Below are positions 7,790 through 16,946 of a stretch of DNA of 64,000 nucleotides, piece after piece. Under the pieces are notes generated by a model. The model was given only the letters and a program-made list of their open reading frames with translations, made no database searches and had not been told where the DNA came from. The translations under genes and the position numbers were made by a program. Each line of letters opens with the position of its first letter. Position 1 is the first letter of the stretch. Source of the stretch: Clostridia bacterium (GTDB lineage: Bacteria > Bacillota > Clostridia > Oscillospirales > CAG-272); contig JAFQDK010000041.1 of assembly GCA_017399305.1 (NCBI GenBank), positions 9,504 through 73,503 on the forward strand. The letters are read 5' to 3'.

Positions 7790-9016
7790 ATGGAGAAACT
7801 CTATGGCAACGCTGTAGTCGGTCAGTCCGGCGGCCCTACTTCCGCTATCAATGCTACCCTCTCAGGTGTTATCCGCGGCGCACTTGCCGGTGTCGAAAAG
7901 GGCATCATCGGCAAGGTTTACGGAATGCGAAACGGCATTGAAGGCCTTTGTGAAGAACGCCTTGTCGACCTTGGCAAAATCTTTTCAACAGAGCAACACT
8001 TCACCGATCTTGAGCACACGCCTGCGGCGGCTCTCGGCTCATGTCGCAAAAAGCTACCCAATCCCAAAGACAATCCTGTTGCATTTGAGTATATCATCGA
8101 TATTTTTAAGAAGTACGACATCCGATACTTCTTCTATATCGGCGGCAACGACTCTATGGACACCGTCATGAAGCTGAGCGAATATGTCAGCGAAATAGAC
8201 TACGAAATGCGTATCATCGGTGTTCCCAAAACCATTGACAATGACCTTGCAGGCACCGACCATACCCCCGGATTTGGCTCGGCGGCGAAGTACATAGCTA
8301 CATCTGTAAAAGAAATCATATGTGACTGCGCGGTCTACACCACAAAAGCGGTAACTATCACCGAGATTATGGGGCGCGATGCAGGCTGGCTCACAGCTTC
8401 TGCAGGTCTTGCACGCCTTTCGGGCGGCGTTGGCCCTGACTATATCTATCTGCCTGAGCGCGACTTTGATATGGATAGCTTCTTCTCGGATATCCGAACA
8501 GCGCTCAAGGCGCATCCCAACGTAGTTATTGCCGTTTCTGAAGGAATACGTTTTGCAAACGGCACATACATCAGCGAAAACGGAAGAACCGATGCTTTCG
8601 GTCACAAACAGCTTTCGGGAACGGGTACTGTTCTTGCCGAAGCACTACGCAATGAAGTCGGCTGTAAAACAAGAGCTGTTGAATTTAATACTTCACAGCG
8701 TTGCGCCGCACATATCGCTTCAAAAACAGACCTTAAAGAATCTGTGGCTATCGGTAAAAAGGCTGTTGAATTTGCACTTAAAGGCGTCAGCGGTCACGTT
8801 ATGATTTATGTCCGCAGTAAGGTTGGCTATAAAATCTCTATTGACAGTGTTCCTGCCGTTGATGTTGCAAACAAGGTAAAGAGGGTTCCCGATGAATTTA
8901 TCACCCCATCAGGCAACAACGTAACCGAAAAGTGTCTTGAATACCTCCGCCCACTTATTGAAGGCGAAGTCAAATATCGCCACGAAGCAGGACTTCCCGT
9001 ACATTTTAAAATCTAA
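7790..9016 (+). CDS. pfp: Phosphofructokinase, probably PPi-dependent (diphosphate--fructose-6-phosphate 1-phosphotransferase)
   Basis: PFK fold ('GQSGGPTSAINA', 'PKTIDNDL'). 'GGNDS' (Asp rather than Gly) and Lys in 'PKTIDND' are the residues associated with PPi specificity. The ATG at 7790 has a GGAG RBS. Confidence 0.8.
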   Translation: MEKLYGNAVVGQSGGPTSAINATLSGVIRGALAGVEKGIIGKVYGMRNGIEGLCEERLVDLGKIFSTEQHFTDLEHTPAAALGSCRKKLPNPKDNPVAFEYIIDIFKKYDIRYFFYIGGNDSMDTVMKLSEYVSEIDYEMRIIGVPKTIDNDLAGTDHTPGFGSAAKYIATSVKEIICDCAVYTTKAVTITEIMGRDAGWLTASAGLARLSGGVGPDYIYLPERDFDMDSFFSDIRTALKAHPNVVIAVSEGIRFANGTYISENGRTDAFGHKQLSGTGTVLAEALRNEVGCKTRAVEFNTSQRCAAHIASKTDLKESVAIGKKAVEFALKGVSGHVMIYVRSKVGYKISIDSVPAVDVANKVKRVPDEFITPSGNNVTEKCLEYLRPLIEGEVKYRHEAGLPVHFKI

Positions 9017-9020
9017 ACAA

Positions 9021-9046
9021 AAAGCACCCTTACCGGGTGCTTTTTT
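9021..9046. terminator. Bidirectional terminator
   Basis: GCACCC-ttacc-GGGTGC followed by a T-run, between convergent genes. Confidence 0.7.
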
Positions 9047-9617
9047 ATTTCTTTTTTCTCTTTTTCTTTGCGCTGTCACCAAAGCCTGAAAGCTTTTTGC
9101 CAAGTGCAAAATACTCACCGTGTGCAAAGGCGATGAGATTTGCTTTGCCGAGATCCATCTTGCCGTTTTTATCAAGTAGCTTTTCATCTACATTTGTGGC
9201 AAGTATATCCGCAAGTATCATTACATGCGTGCCAAGATCCTGTGTTTCAACAACACGGCATTCAAGTGCAAGTGGACTTTCACCGATTATGGGGGCAGCT
9301 ATCTGACTTGCCTCCTCTTTGGTAAAATTGCATTTCTTAAATTTGTCCACCTTGCGTCCGGTATAAATGCCGCAATAATCTACACTTTTCACCATTTCAG
9401 CAGTGGTAAGATTTATTGCAAACTCACCTGTTTTTTCTATTATCTCATAGCTATAACGACTTTTGCGAAGCGAAATATATGTTTTTGGTGGAATAGTGTT
9501 TACGATACCTGTCCAAGCAACAGTAGCGATATTACTGTTCTCCATATCCCCCGACGTGATAAGCACTGCAGGCAGCGGCGCAAGCAATGCCCCACCCTTC
9601 CATATCTGTTTTGCCAT
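9045..9617 (-). CDS. Flavin reductase-like (FMN-binding split-barrel) protein
   Basis: 'LAPLPAVLITSG...NIATVAWTGIVNTIPP' is typical of the flavin reductase domain. Confidence 0.7.
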   Translation of the reverse strand: MAKQIWKGGALLAPLPAVLITSGDMENSNIATVAWTGIVNTIPPKTYISLRKSRYSYEIIEKTGEFAINLTTAEMVKSVDYCGIYTGRKVDKFKKCNFTKEEASQIAAPIIGESPLALECRVVETQDLGTHVMILADILATNVDEKLLDKNGKMDLGKANLIAFAHGEYFALGKKLSGFGDSAKKKRKKK

Positions 9618-9700
9618 TATTATACCTTAACTTTCACATGAATTTCAGAAAAACTATGCACATTCGCCATTATTTTATGCTACAATAATGATGAAAGGAA

Positions 9701-10123
9701 GTGTCAGAAGTGTTTCGTAAGTTTCTTGATGCCCTGCGCCGATTTATGTATGGCAGATATGGCGCAGACCAACTTTACTTTGCACTTATAATTATATTTT
9801 TTGTTCTTAGCGTTGTCAATAGTTTCATTGACTCTATTATCATCGCCGTAATACAAATTGCAATTTTCATTTGGGCGATGTGCCGCTATCTCTCCAAAAA
9901 CATTTACAAAAGGCGTGAAGAAAACCGTAAGTTTCTCGGAATATGGCAGAAGTTCAAAGGCTTTTTTACTTATGCGCGTGACAAGTTTCGCGACCGCAAG
10001 GTATGCCGCTATCGCAAATGCAAACACTGCCATGCGGCTTTGCGACTGCCGATAAAAAAAGGCAAAAACTCTGTAAAATGTCCTCGCTGCGGAAAAAGCT
10101 TTAAAGTCAACATCTGGATATAA
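9701..10123 (+). CDS. Membrane protein with a C-terminal zinc ribbon
   Basis: Central TM helices and 'CKHCHAALRLP...KCPRCGKSF'. The start is GTG at 9701 or 9710. Confidence 0.55.
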   Translation: MSEVFRKFLDALRRFMYGRYGADQLYFALIIIFFVLSVVNSFIDSIIIAVIQIAIFIWAMCRYLSKNIYKRREENRKFLGIWQKFKGFFTYARDKFRDRKVCRYRKCKHCHAALRLPIKKGKNSVKCPRCGKSFKVNIWI

Positions 10124-10156
10124 AAAATATGGATGCTCTCACATCCATATTTTTTA
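10122..10156. terminator. Bidirectional terminator
   Basis: AAAAATATGGATG-ctctca-CATCCATATTTTT. Confidence 0.7.
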
Positions 10157-10158
10157 TT

Positions 10159-10965
10159 TTACACAGCTTCACCGACAAATACTGTTTCACATTTTGCACA
10201 AAGCGAAGCTTCGTTGCCGTACAGTTCAACACAAAAGCTACCGTTTAAAGACTTGACCATTATACGATGCGAATCCACAATCTCATATTCAGTCGCCGCA
10301 TATGCGCTTAGTACTGCGCCCTCTCCAAGTGCACTCATTTCTCCGATGCGACATCTCCATGAACGAAGCGCAAGCGCATTGTCACCGGCCACTGCCATAA
10401 AGTGCAGATCAATGTTCTCACCGTAGAATAAAACCTCCTCAAGCCGCCTGCATACACTCTGTATATTGAGCGCTCTGAGCGCGGCACAGCTTTCCATAAA
10501 GAACACTGCATGATCTCCGCACAGCTCATATACGCTGACCTTGGGATGCACGATGCACGCACGAAGCACCTCGCCACGTATGCCATGGTAGTATTTAAGC
10601 TGTTCCATAGGACGCGGAATGATACGCGGCATATCAAGCCATGCACACAGTACTCTGCCGCGCATGGTAGAAAGGCGCACAGAATATACAGCATCTTTGA
10701 ATGAAAGATTTACACGACTTTCCCCACCGTGTGTATCATAAATATATTTAGCCGCCGCTATCAATGCTGTAGATGAAAAAAGACCTTCCTTGCCATCGGG
10801 AAGAAACAGCTCAACCCGCCTTTCTTCCGAAAGCATGATAAGGCCATCTGCACCAATACCAACTCGCCTGTTGAGAAGTTGCATGGCAAGCGCTGAACTG
10901 TCCTGGCAAGGTTCCGTGCAAATTAGATAATCACTTCCGGCCGTATGTATCTTTGTAAGTTTCAT
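10159..10965 (-). CDS. DapF (diaminopimelate epimerase)-fold protein lacking both catalytic cysteines
   Basis: 'MKLTKIHTAGSDY' parallels DapF 'MxFxKMHGLGNDF'. 'DGKEGLFSSTAL' aligns ungapped with 'DGSEVAQCGNGAR' (Cys->Ser). 'GEMSALGEGA' aligns with 'GETQACGSGA' (Cys->Leu). The ATG is at 10965. Confidence 0.6.
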   Translation of the reverse strand: MKLTKIHTAGSDYLICTEPCQDSSALAMQLLNRRVGIGADGLIMLSEERRVELFLPDGKEGLFSSTALIAAAKYIYDTHGGESRVNLSFKDAVYSVRLSTMRGRVLCAWLDMPRIIPRPMEQLKYYHGIRGEVLRACIVHPKVSVYELCGDHAVFFMESCAALRALNIQSVCRRLEEVLFYGENIDLHFMAVAGDNALALRSWRCRIGEMSALGEGAVLSAYAATEYEIVDSHRIMVKSLNGSFCVELYGNEASLCAKCETVFVGEAV

Positions 10966-11006
10966 ATACTTCACCCTTTCTATAAAGTATATGGACATCA
11001 CAAAAT

Positions 11007-11041
11007 AAAAATAACGCAGTTTTTAAAACTGCGTTATTTTT
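11007..11041 (-). terminator. Terminator after livF
   Basis: AAAAATAACGCAGTTTT-t-AAAACTGCGTTATTTTT, a perfect palindrome. Confidence 0.75.
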
Positions 11042-11042
11042 A

Positions 11043-11762
11043 TTATTTCTTTTTACCGAGGTAAGCCTCTTTAACTTCCTCATTGGCAAGCAGTTCTGCA
11101 CCTGTGCCGCTGAGAGTAATCTCACCGGTCTGCATTACAAACGCGCTGTCTGCAACCTTAAGTGCCATATTAGCATTCTGCTCAATCAGAAGAACGGTAA
11201 TGCCCTCTTTGTTAATCTGTCTTATGATATCAAAGATACCCTGGACAACGATAGGTGCAAGACCGAGAGAAGGTTCATCCATCATGACAAGCTTAGGACG
11301 CGCCATAAGTGCACGACCTACAGCAAGCATCTGCTGCTCACCACCCGAAAGAGTACCGGCAAGCTGCCATGAACGCTCTTTAAGTCTCGGGAAAAGTGAG
11401 TATACATACTCAAGGTCATCGGCGATATTATCTTTACGGAGATAAGCACCGATCTTGAGGTTTTCAAGTACGGTAAGGTTGGGGAACACATGACGTCCCT
11501 CAGGAACAAGTGTAACACCGTGTTTAACTATCTGGTCAGGCGACATACCAAGAATGTTCTTTCCCTCAAAGAGAACTTCACCGTGCTTCGCCTTAACAAT
11601 ACCGGCGATAGAACGAAGAGTTGAACTCTTACCTGCACCGTTTGATCCGATAAGAGTGACAATCTTGCCCTCTTCAACATCAAATGAAATGCCCTTGATA
11701 GCCTCGATACCGCCATAAGACACACTGAGGTTTTTGATCTCAAGAATATTACTCATCTTCAC
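11043..11762 (-). CDS. livF: Branched-chain amino-acid ABC transporter, ATP-binding protein (LivF type)
   Basis: Walker A 'GSNGAGKSS', signature 'LSGGEQQ', Walker B 'LVMMDEPS'. Last gene of the liv-type operon. Confidence 0.9.
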   Translation of the reverse strand: MKMSNILEIKNLSVSYGGIEAIKGISFDVEEGKIVTLIGSNGAGKSSTLRSIAGIVKAKHGEVLFEGKNILGMSPDQIVKHGVTLVPEGRHVFPNLTVLENLKIGAYLRKDNIADDLEYVYSLFPRLKERSWQLAGTLSGGEQQMLAVGRALMARPKLVMMDEPSLGLAPIVVQGIFDIIRQINKEGITVLLIEQNANMALKVADSAFVMQTGEITLSGTGAELLANEEVKEAYLGKKK

Positions 11763-12588
11763 TTACCCCCAGATATGCTTTAATTACAAGCTCATTGTTC
11801 TGAATCTCGGCAGGAACGCCACTTGCAATCATCTTACCGAAGTCGATAACATAGATTCTGTCAGAAATATCCATAACGAGATCCATATGATGCTCAATCA
11901 TGAAAATGGTCAGTCCAAATTCATCACGGATGCGGTAAATAAACTGTGTAAGCTCTGCAGTCTCCTGCGGGTTCATACCTGCAGCAGGCTCGTCAAGCAA
12001 AAGCAGCGTCGGTTCAGTAGCAAGCGCACGAGCAATCTCAAGGCGGCGCTGCTTACCATAAGGCAGACTTGTAGCAAGCTCATCCTTAACGTCAAGAAGA
12101 CCTACCTTATCAAGAAGATCAAGCGCTTTCTGCTTATTCGCCTTTTCCTCTTTATAATTGAGCATGAATGTCGCAGTAAAAAGATTGCTCTTTCTGCGCA
12201 TATGCATTGCAACAAGCACATTCTCAAGCACGGTCATTGACTTGAACAGACGAATGTTCTGGAAAGTACGCGCTATGCCGAGCTTTGTGATCTTGTCGGG
12301 CGTCTTTACAATGTGCTTTTTATATACGCCCTTGTTCTCACCGGCATAAAGACGGTTCATTTTACCGTGAGGATAGCTTTCAACTATCGCCTTGCCATCA
12401 AAACTTACGCGGCCGTTGGTCGGCTCATAAACACCGGTAACAACATTGAATGCTGTTGTCTTACCAGCACCGTTAGGTCCGATAAGAGAAACGATTTCGC
12501 CCTCGTTAACCTCAAGGGAAAGGTTGTTAACGGCTACAACGCCGCCAAACTGCATTGTTACATCTTCAAGTTTAAGAAGGTTTTTCAT
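11749..12588 (-). CDS. livG: Branched-chain amino-acid ABC transporter, ATP-binding protein (LivG type)
   Basis: 'FGGVVAVNNLSLEV..GEIVSLIGPNGAGKTT' and 'LLLLDEPAAG'. Confidence 0.9.
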   Translation of the reverse strand: MKNLLKLEDVTMQFGGVVAVNNLSLEVNEGEIVSLIGPNGAGKTTAFNVVTGVYEPTNGRVSFDGKAIVESYPHGKMNRLYAGENKGVYKKHIVKTPDKITKLGIARTFQNIRLFKSMTVLENVLVAMHMRRKSNLFTATFMLNYKEEKANKQKALDLLDKVGLLDVKDELATSLPYGKQRRLEIARALATEPTLLLLDEPAAGMNPQETAELTQFIYRIRDEFGLTIFMIEHHMDLVMDISDRIYVIDFGKMIASGVPAEIQNNELVIKAYLGVSEDE

Positions 12589-13688
12589 TATTCAACCTCC
12601 TTTGTTTTTTTCTTTTTGCCTGAAAAGATACTCTTCACGCCGTTCACGATTCTCTCGGTAGAGAACTCCTTGTCGCCCATAAGACCACGGCGGAAGAAGA
12701 GAACGATAACCATGATAGCAGCGGAGAATACTACAAGACGGAATCCGTTGCGTGAGAGGCCCGGGATAACACCCTCGGTATCAAGGAAACGGAGCCACCA
12801 CTCTGAGCAAGCGATATAAAGGAAGCTTGCAATAACAGAGCCGCTGAGTGAACCGATACCACCGATAACAACAATAAGAAGAATCTCATATGTAAGTGTT
12901 GTGGTAAAGGGTTTAGCCTGAATGGTATTCTGATACATTGCGAAAAGTGCGCCGCCGATACCTGCAAAGAACGAGCTGATAACAAAAGATATCATCTTAT
13001 GCTTTGCAAGATTAATTCCCATAGCCTCAGCCGCAACCTCATCATCGCGGATAGCCTTGAACGCACGTCCGTAGGTTGACTTGATAAGCAGTGCAATAAT
13101 TGCAATGCAAAGTCCTGCAATGAGGAAATAGGGCATTATAGAATTGAAATAGGGATACATACGAAGCTGGTTTGAACCGTTGGTAAGAGTACCAAGACCC
13201 TTCCACTGACAGATTGCACGGAGAATTTCCGCAAATCCAAGAGAAGCAATTGCAAGATAGTCACTCTTGAGACGAAGTACGGGCAGACCGATAAAGTATG
13301 CAAATACTGCCGCAACGAGACCTGCAAGAACGATTGCAATGCCCATAGGAAGAACCAACTGAACAAGTCCGCCAATTTCTTCACCGGCAGAGTTTGTCAT
13401 GGTGTAATACTTGTAAACAGAAAGCCTTGCCTCATTGGGAATGGTGAAAATAGCGTATGTATACGCACCGAGTAGCATAAAGCCAGCCTGACCAAGTGAA
13501 AACAGACCGGTAAAGCCGTTAAGCAAGTTCATAGAAACTGCAACAAGTGCAAATACCGCACCCTTTTGAAGCACCTTGAACTTGATATCATAGGTGGGAA
13601 GGAACTGGTCTGCAAGGAATACAAGCGCAAAAAGCGCAATAAGCAGAGCGACGTCTACTATTCTGTAATTAAACTTTTTAGTTTTCAT
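12588..13688 (-). CDS. livM: Branched-chain amino-acid ABC transporter permease (LivM type)
   Basis: Polytopic membrane protein located between the LivH-type and LivG-type genes. Confidence 0.85.
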   Translation of the reverse strand: MKTKKFNYRIVDVALLIALFALVFLADQFLPTYDIKFKVLQKGAVFALVAVSMNLLNGFTGLFSLGQAGFMLLGAYTYAIFTIPNEARLSVYKYYTMTNSAGEEIGGLVQLVLPMGIAIVLAGLVAAVFAYFIGLPVLRLKSDYLAIASLGFAEILRAICQWKGLGTLTNGSNQLRMYPYFNSIMPYFLIAGLCIAIIALLIKSTYGRAFKAIRDDEVAAEAMGINLAKHKMISFVISSFFAGIGGALFAMYQNTIQAKPFTTTLTYEILLIVVIGGIGSLSGSVIASFLYIACSEWWLRFLDTEGVIPGLSRNGFRLVVFSAAIMVIVLFFRRGLMGDKEFSTERIVNGVKSIFSGKKKKTKEVE

Positions 13689-13699
13689 TTTCGCCCTCC

Positions 13700-14578
13700 T
13701 TATACCTTATCGGTTGTCTTTTCGCCAAAGATACCGGTAGGTCTGACGCAAAGAACGATTATGAGAAGTGCAAATGTAAACGCATCAGAGAAAATAGAGA
13801 ACTCTGTGCTTGACTTGATAATGTTCTCACAAATACCGATAACAAATGCACCTACTACCGCACCGGGGATAGAACCGATACCGCCAAACACGGCTGCAAC
13901 GAAAGCCTTAAGACCTGGCATCGCGCCTGATGTAGGTGTAACCGACTGATAGCTTGAGAAATAAAGCAGTGAGCCGATAGCCGCAAGGAACGAACCGATA
14001 ATAAATGTGGTACTGATAACCTTATTGATTTTGATACCCATGAGCTGTGATGTTTCAAAATCCTTTGAAACTGCACGCATCGCCATACCAATCTTGGTAT
14101 AACGGATAAGCACAACAAGAGCAACAACAAGTACAAGAGTGAGTACAGGTGTCACCACAGTAACACGCTTTGTAACAGCACCGAACAGCTCTACAGAATC
14201 AGATATCCACGGGATTGCAGGATAAGTCTGCGGCAGGCCGCCTGTTATGTAAAGTGCAAGGTTCTGAATGAGGTATGATACACCGATAGCCGAGATCATA
14301 ACAGACATACGAGGTGCACTTCTGAGCGGCTTATATGCAGCGCGCTCAATTAAAAATCCGATAAATACTGTAGCAATGATCACAACAGGAATTGCATACT
14401 GAAGAGGCATTGCGGTAGTGAGGTATACAATAATAAGTCCGGATGCCATAAAAACGTCACCGTGAGCGAAGTTGATAAGGCGAAGGATGCCGTATACCAT
14501 TGTATAACCTATCGCGATCAGCGCATACTGACCGCCGGCGGAAATACCCGCCAGAATATGGTCTATGGTTAAGTTCAT
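13700..14578 (-). CDS. livH: Branched-chain amino-acid ABC transporter permease (LivH type)
   Basis: 'GGQYALIAIGYTMVYGILRLINFAHGD' is a typical LivH N-terminus. Confidence 0.9.
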   Translation of the reverse strand: MNLTIDHILAGISAGGQYALIAIGYTMVYGILRLINFAHGDVFMASGLIIVYLTTAMPLQYAIPVVIIATVFIGFLIERAAYKPLRSAPRMSVMISAIGVSYLIQNLALYITGGLPQTYPAIPWISDSVELFGAVTKRVTVVTPVLTLVLVVALVVLIRYTKIGMAMRAVSKDFETSQLMGIKINKVISTTFIIGSFLAAIGSLLYFSSYQSVTPTSGAMPGLKAFVAAVFGGIGSIPGAVVGAFVIGICENIIKSSTEFSIFSDAFTFALLIIVLCVRPTGIFGEKTTDKV

Positions 14579-14620
14579 AAGAATCCCTCTCTATGTTTTT
14601 CAGACTGCATTGAAAAAACA

Positions 14621-14644
14621 GAAAAGGGCATTTTCTGCCCTTTC
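14621..14644 (-). terminator. Intercistronic terminator-like hairpin between livJ and livH
   Basis: Minus strand: GAAAGGGCA-gaaaa-TGCCCTTTTC followed by TGTTTTTT. A second hairpin lies at 14677-14705, directly after the livJ stop. Confidence 0.5.
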
Positions 14645-14720
14645 AGAACAGCCTAAAAAGGTTTCCTAAAATCAATGCAAGGGCTTGACAAAAGCCAAGC
14701 CCTGCATATCGTAAGTAAAA

Positions 14721-15893
14721 TTAGTTAACGCCCTGCTCCTTAACGAAGTCCCAAAGAGCAGTTTCGGTATTAACCTTCTTGATGTAAGCGGTGGTTCTGA
14801 CAGCATCGCCGTTAATATCATCGAACTTAATCTGTCCGGTAACACCAGTGTACTCAACATCCCAGATAGCTTCCATGATCTTTGCGGAATCAGCAGCGCC
14901 TGCAAGCTTGATAGCTTCAAGTGCGGTAAAGTAAGCGTCATAACCCATTGCGGATACTGCTGCGATCTTGGAGTCGCCACCGTTATCGGTGAGGTTCTGG
15001 CTGTTGGACTCAAGCCATTCCTTGAAGCCTTTATCGAAGTCTGCGTTACCACCCTCCTGATAGAAGGTTGTAACCTGAATGTCAACATTCTTGCCGGAAG
15101 CTGCTGCGAGAATCTGGTTGGAATCCCAAGTATCGCCTGCCATAAGAGTTACATTTGCACCCTTAGCTGCTGCCTGCTCAACAATAAGCTGAGCATAGTT
15201 GGTAGAAGTAGGAGCGAAGATAACTTCAGCGCCTGCATTAACAGCATTTGTAATGTAAGAATTAAAGTCAGAGGTGTTTTCGGGGAAGTTTGCGTTCTCT
15301 ACCTTACCGCCGAGAGCTGTGAAAGCTTCGGTGAAGTAGTGAGCAAGACCCTCGTCATAGTCATTGCCGTTCTCTGCAAGAGTGTAAGCGGTTCTGTAAC
15401 CAAGCTCATTGTAAGCATAGTTAGCAAGAACTGTACCCTGGAAGGGATCGAGGAAGCAAATACGGAAGTAGTGAGTATTGCCTTCTGTTACCTGAGGGTT
15501 GGTACAAGTAACGCCGATAGCGGGAACGCCAGCGTTCTTGAATGTGTCAGAAGCTGCGATAGAAACACCGGAACCGTAGGAACCGAGAACTACCTTTGCA
15601 CCTGCGCTGATAAGATCAGCAGCAGCGGTGGGAGCCTTGTCGTTAGAAGACTGGTTGTCAGCATAAACAAGCTCTACCTTGTAGGTCTCGCCGTTGATAT
15701 CAACAGTGGGGCATACAGAGTGAGCATACTTAATGCCGAGGGTCTCCTGCTTACCACCTGCACCGTTGGAACCGGAAGCGGGCTCGTAAACACCGATTTT
15801 GATTACCTTTTCATCTGTTTTGGTCTCGCCGCATCCTGCAAATACTGCTGTGAGCATAAGAGCAGCAAGAACCAGGGCAACTATTTTTTTCAT
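14721..15893 (-). CDS. livJ: Branched-chain amino-acid ABC transporter substrate-binding lipoprotein (LivJ/K type)
   Basis: Signal peptide with lipobox 'AVFAGCG' and a type-I periplasmic binding fold. The ATG at 15893 has a GGAGG RBS. Confidence 0.85.
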   Translation of the reverse strand: MKKIVALVLAALMLTAVFAGCGETKTDEKVIKIGVYEPASGSNGAGGKQETLGIKYAHSVCPTVDINGETYKVELVYADNQSSNDKAPTAAADLISAGAKVVLGSYGSGVSIAASDTFKNAGVPAIGVTCTNPQVTEGNTHYFRICFLDPFQGTVLANYAYNELGYRTAYTLAENGNDYDEGLAHYFTEAFTALGGKVENANFPENTSDFNSYITNAVNAGAEVIFAPTSTNYAQLIVEQAAAKGANVTLMAGDTWDSNQILAAASGKNVDIQVTTFYQEGGNADFDKGFKEWLESNSQNLTDNGGDSKIAAVSAMGYDAYFTALEAIKLAGAADSAKIMEAIWDVEYTGVTGQIKFDDINGDAVRTTAYIKKVNTETALWDFVKEQGVN

Positions 15894-16112
15894 AGTTGTG
15901 TCCTCCATATAAAATTCGTTGAAACTGTTTTCCTTTGAAAACAATTATTAACATTAATTATACTCTCAATATAATTCGTTTGCAATAGTTTTTTGAATTT
16001 TTTGTTATATTTTGATTGCAAACTCGTCCTTTAGTCTGCATCAAAGAATGCATTTATTCGTTTTTAAATGAATTTTTGCAAGTTTAAAGTTGCACTTCTT
16101 GCATTTTTGTGT

Positions 16113-16140
16113 TTACATTTTCGGGCAGCGGTGTTATAAT
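16113..16140 (+). promoter_or_regulatory. Sigma-A-type promoter of the DUF554 gene
   Basis: TTTACA (16113-16118), a 16-nt spacer, then TATAAT (16135-16140). Confidence 0.45.
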
Positions 16141-16172
16141 TCATTTATCCTATAATTAAACGCAGGTGGAAC

Positions 16173-16913
16173 ATGGCACTCTCGGGAACACTGATAAACT
16201 GTATACTCATAATCGTCGGCTCTGTTGCAGGGCTTGTCTTCAAAAAGCTTATGCCTGAGCGACTAAAAAGCACTTTGCTTCAAGCAGTTGGACTTATAGT
16301 AATGTTTGTCGGTATAGGCGGTGTTATAAGTGCAACTCTTACATATGAAGACGGCATTTTCGGCACAAAAGACACACTGAACATGATTCTTTCCATGGTT
16401 TTCGGTACTATTATCGGTGAACTTATCAATATTGAAAAGCAACTTGACCGTTTCGGTGCGTTCTGCCAGAAAAAGCTCATCAAAGGTGATTCAAAATCTA
16501 CATTCGCCGAAGGATTTGTCACATCTTCTCTCATTTTTGTAGTCGGCGCAATGGCAGTTGTAGGCGCACTTGACAACGGCATACGCGGTGATGACTCCAC
16601 CCTAGTTGCCAAAGGTATCATCGACTGCATCACAGGTATGGTGCTTGCCTCCACACTCGGCATCGGAGTTATGTTATCCTCTGTACCTGTGCTTGTGTAT
16701 CAAGGAGCAATCGCATTGCTTGGCGTTTACATTGAGCCTTATCTCACAGATGCAGTCATTTCGCAAATGTCTTTCACCGGATCAATTCTTATATTCGCAA
16801 TCGGCGTAAACATGCTCGGATTCATAAAAATAAAAGTCGGCAATATGTTGCCTGCGATATTTATGCCAATAGTATTTGACCTTATTATGAGAGTATGGAA
16901 CATGATATTCTAA
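16173..16913 (+). CDS. DUF554-family membrane protein (YqgA-like)
   Basis: 'GTLINCILIIVGSVAGLVFKK.MPERLK' resembles the YqgA/DUF554 N-terminus. Polytopic. Confidence 0.7.
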   Translation: MALSGTLINCILIIVGSVAGLVFKKLMPERLKSTLLQAVGLIVMFVGIGGVISATLTYEDGIFGTKDTLNMILSMVFGTIIGELINIEKQLDRFGAFCQKKLIKGDSKSTFAEGFVTSSLIFVVGAMAVVGALDNGIRGDDSTLVAKGIIDCITGMVLASTLGIGVMLSSVPVLVYQGAIALLGVYIEPYLTDAVISQMSFTGSILIFAIGVNMLGFIKIKVGNMLPAIFMPIVFDLIMRVWNMIF

Positions 16914-16916
16914 TAT

Positions 16917-16946
16917 AAAAAAGCGGCTTTTTAAGCCGCTTTTTTG
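16917..16946. terminator. Bidirectional terminator
   Basis: AAAAAAGCGGCTT-ttt-AAGCCGCTTTTTT. Confidence 0.75.

Noticed and set aside
15894-16172. The 279-nt leader/divergent region of the liv operon, examined for a T-box, riboswitch or attenuator.
   Set aside because: I could not find a specifier/T-box consensus or a conserved riboswitch core. It is AT-rich promoter DNA. Only the DUF554 promoter is reasonably clear.
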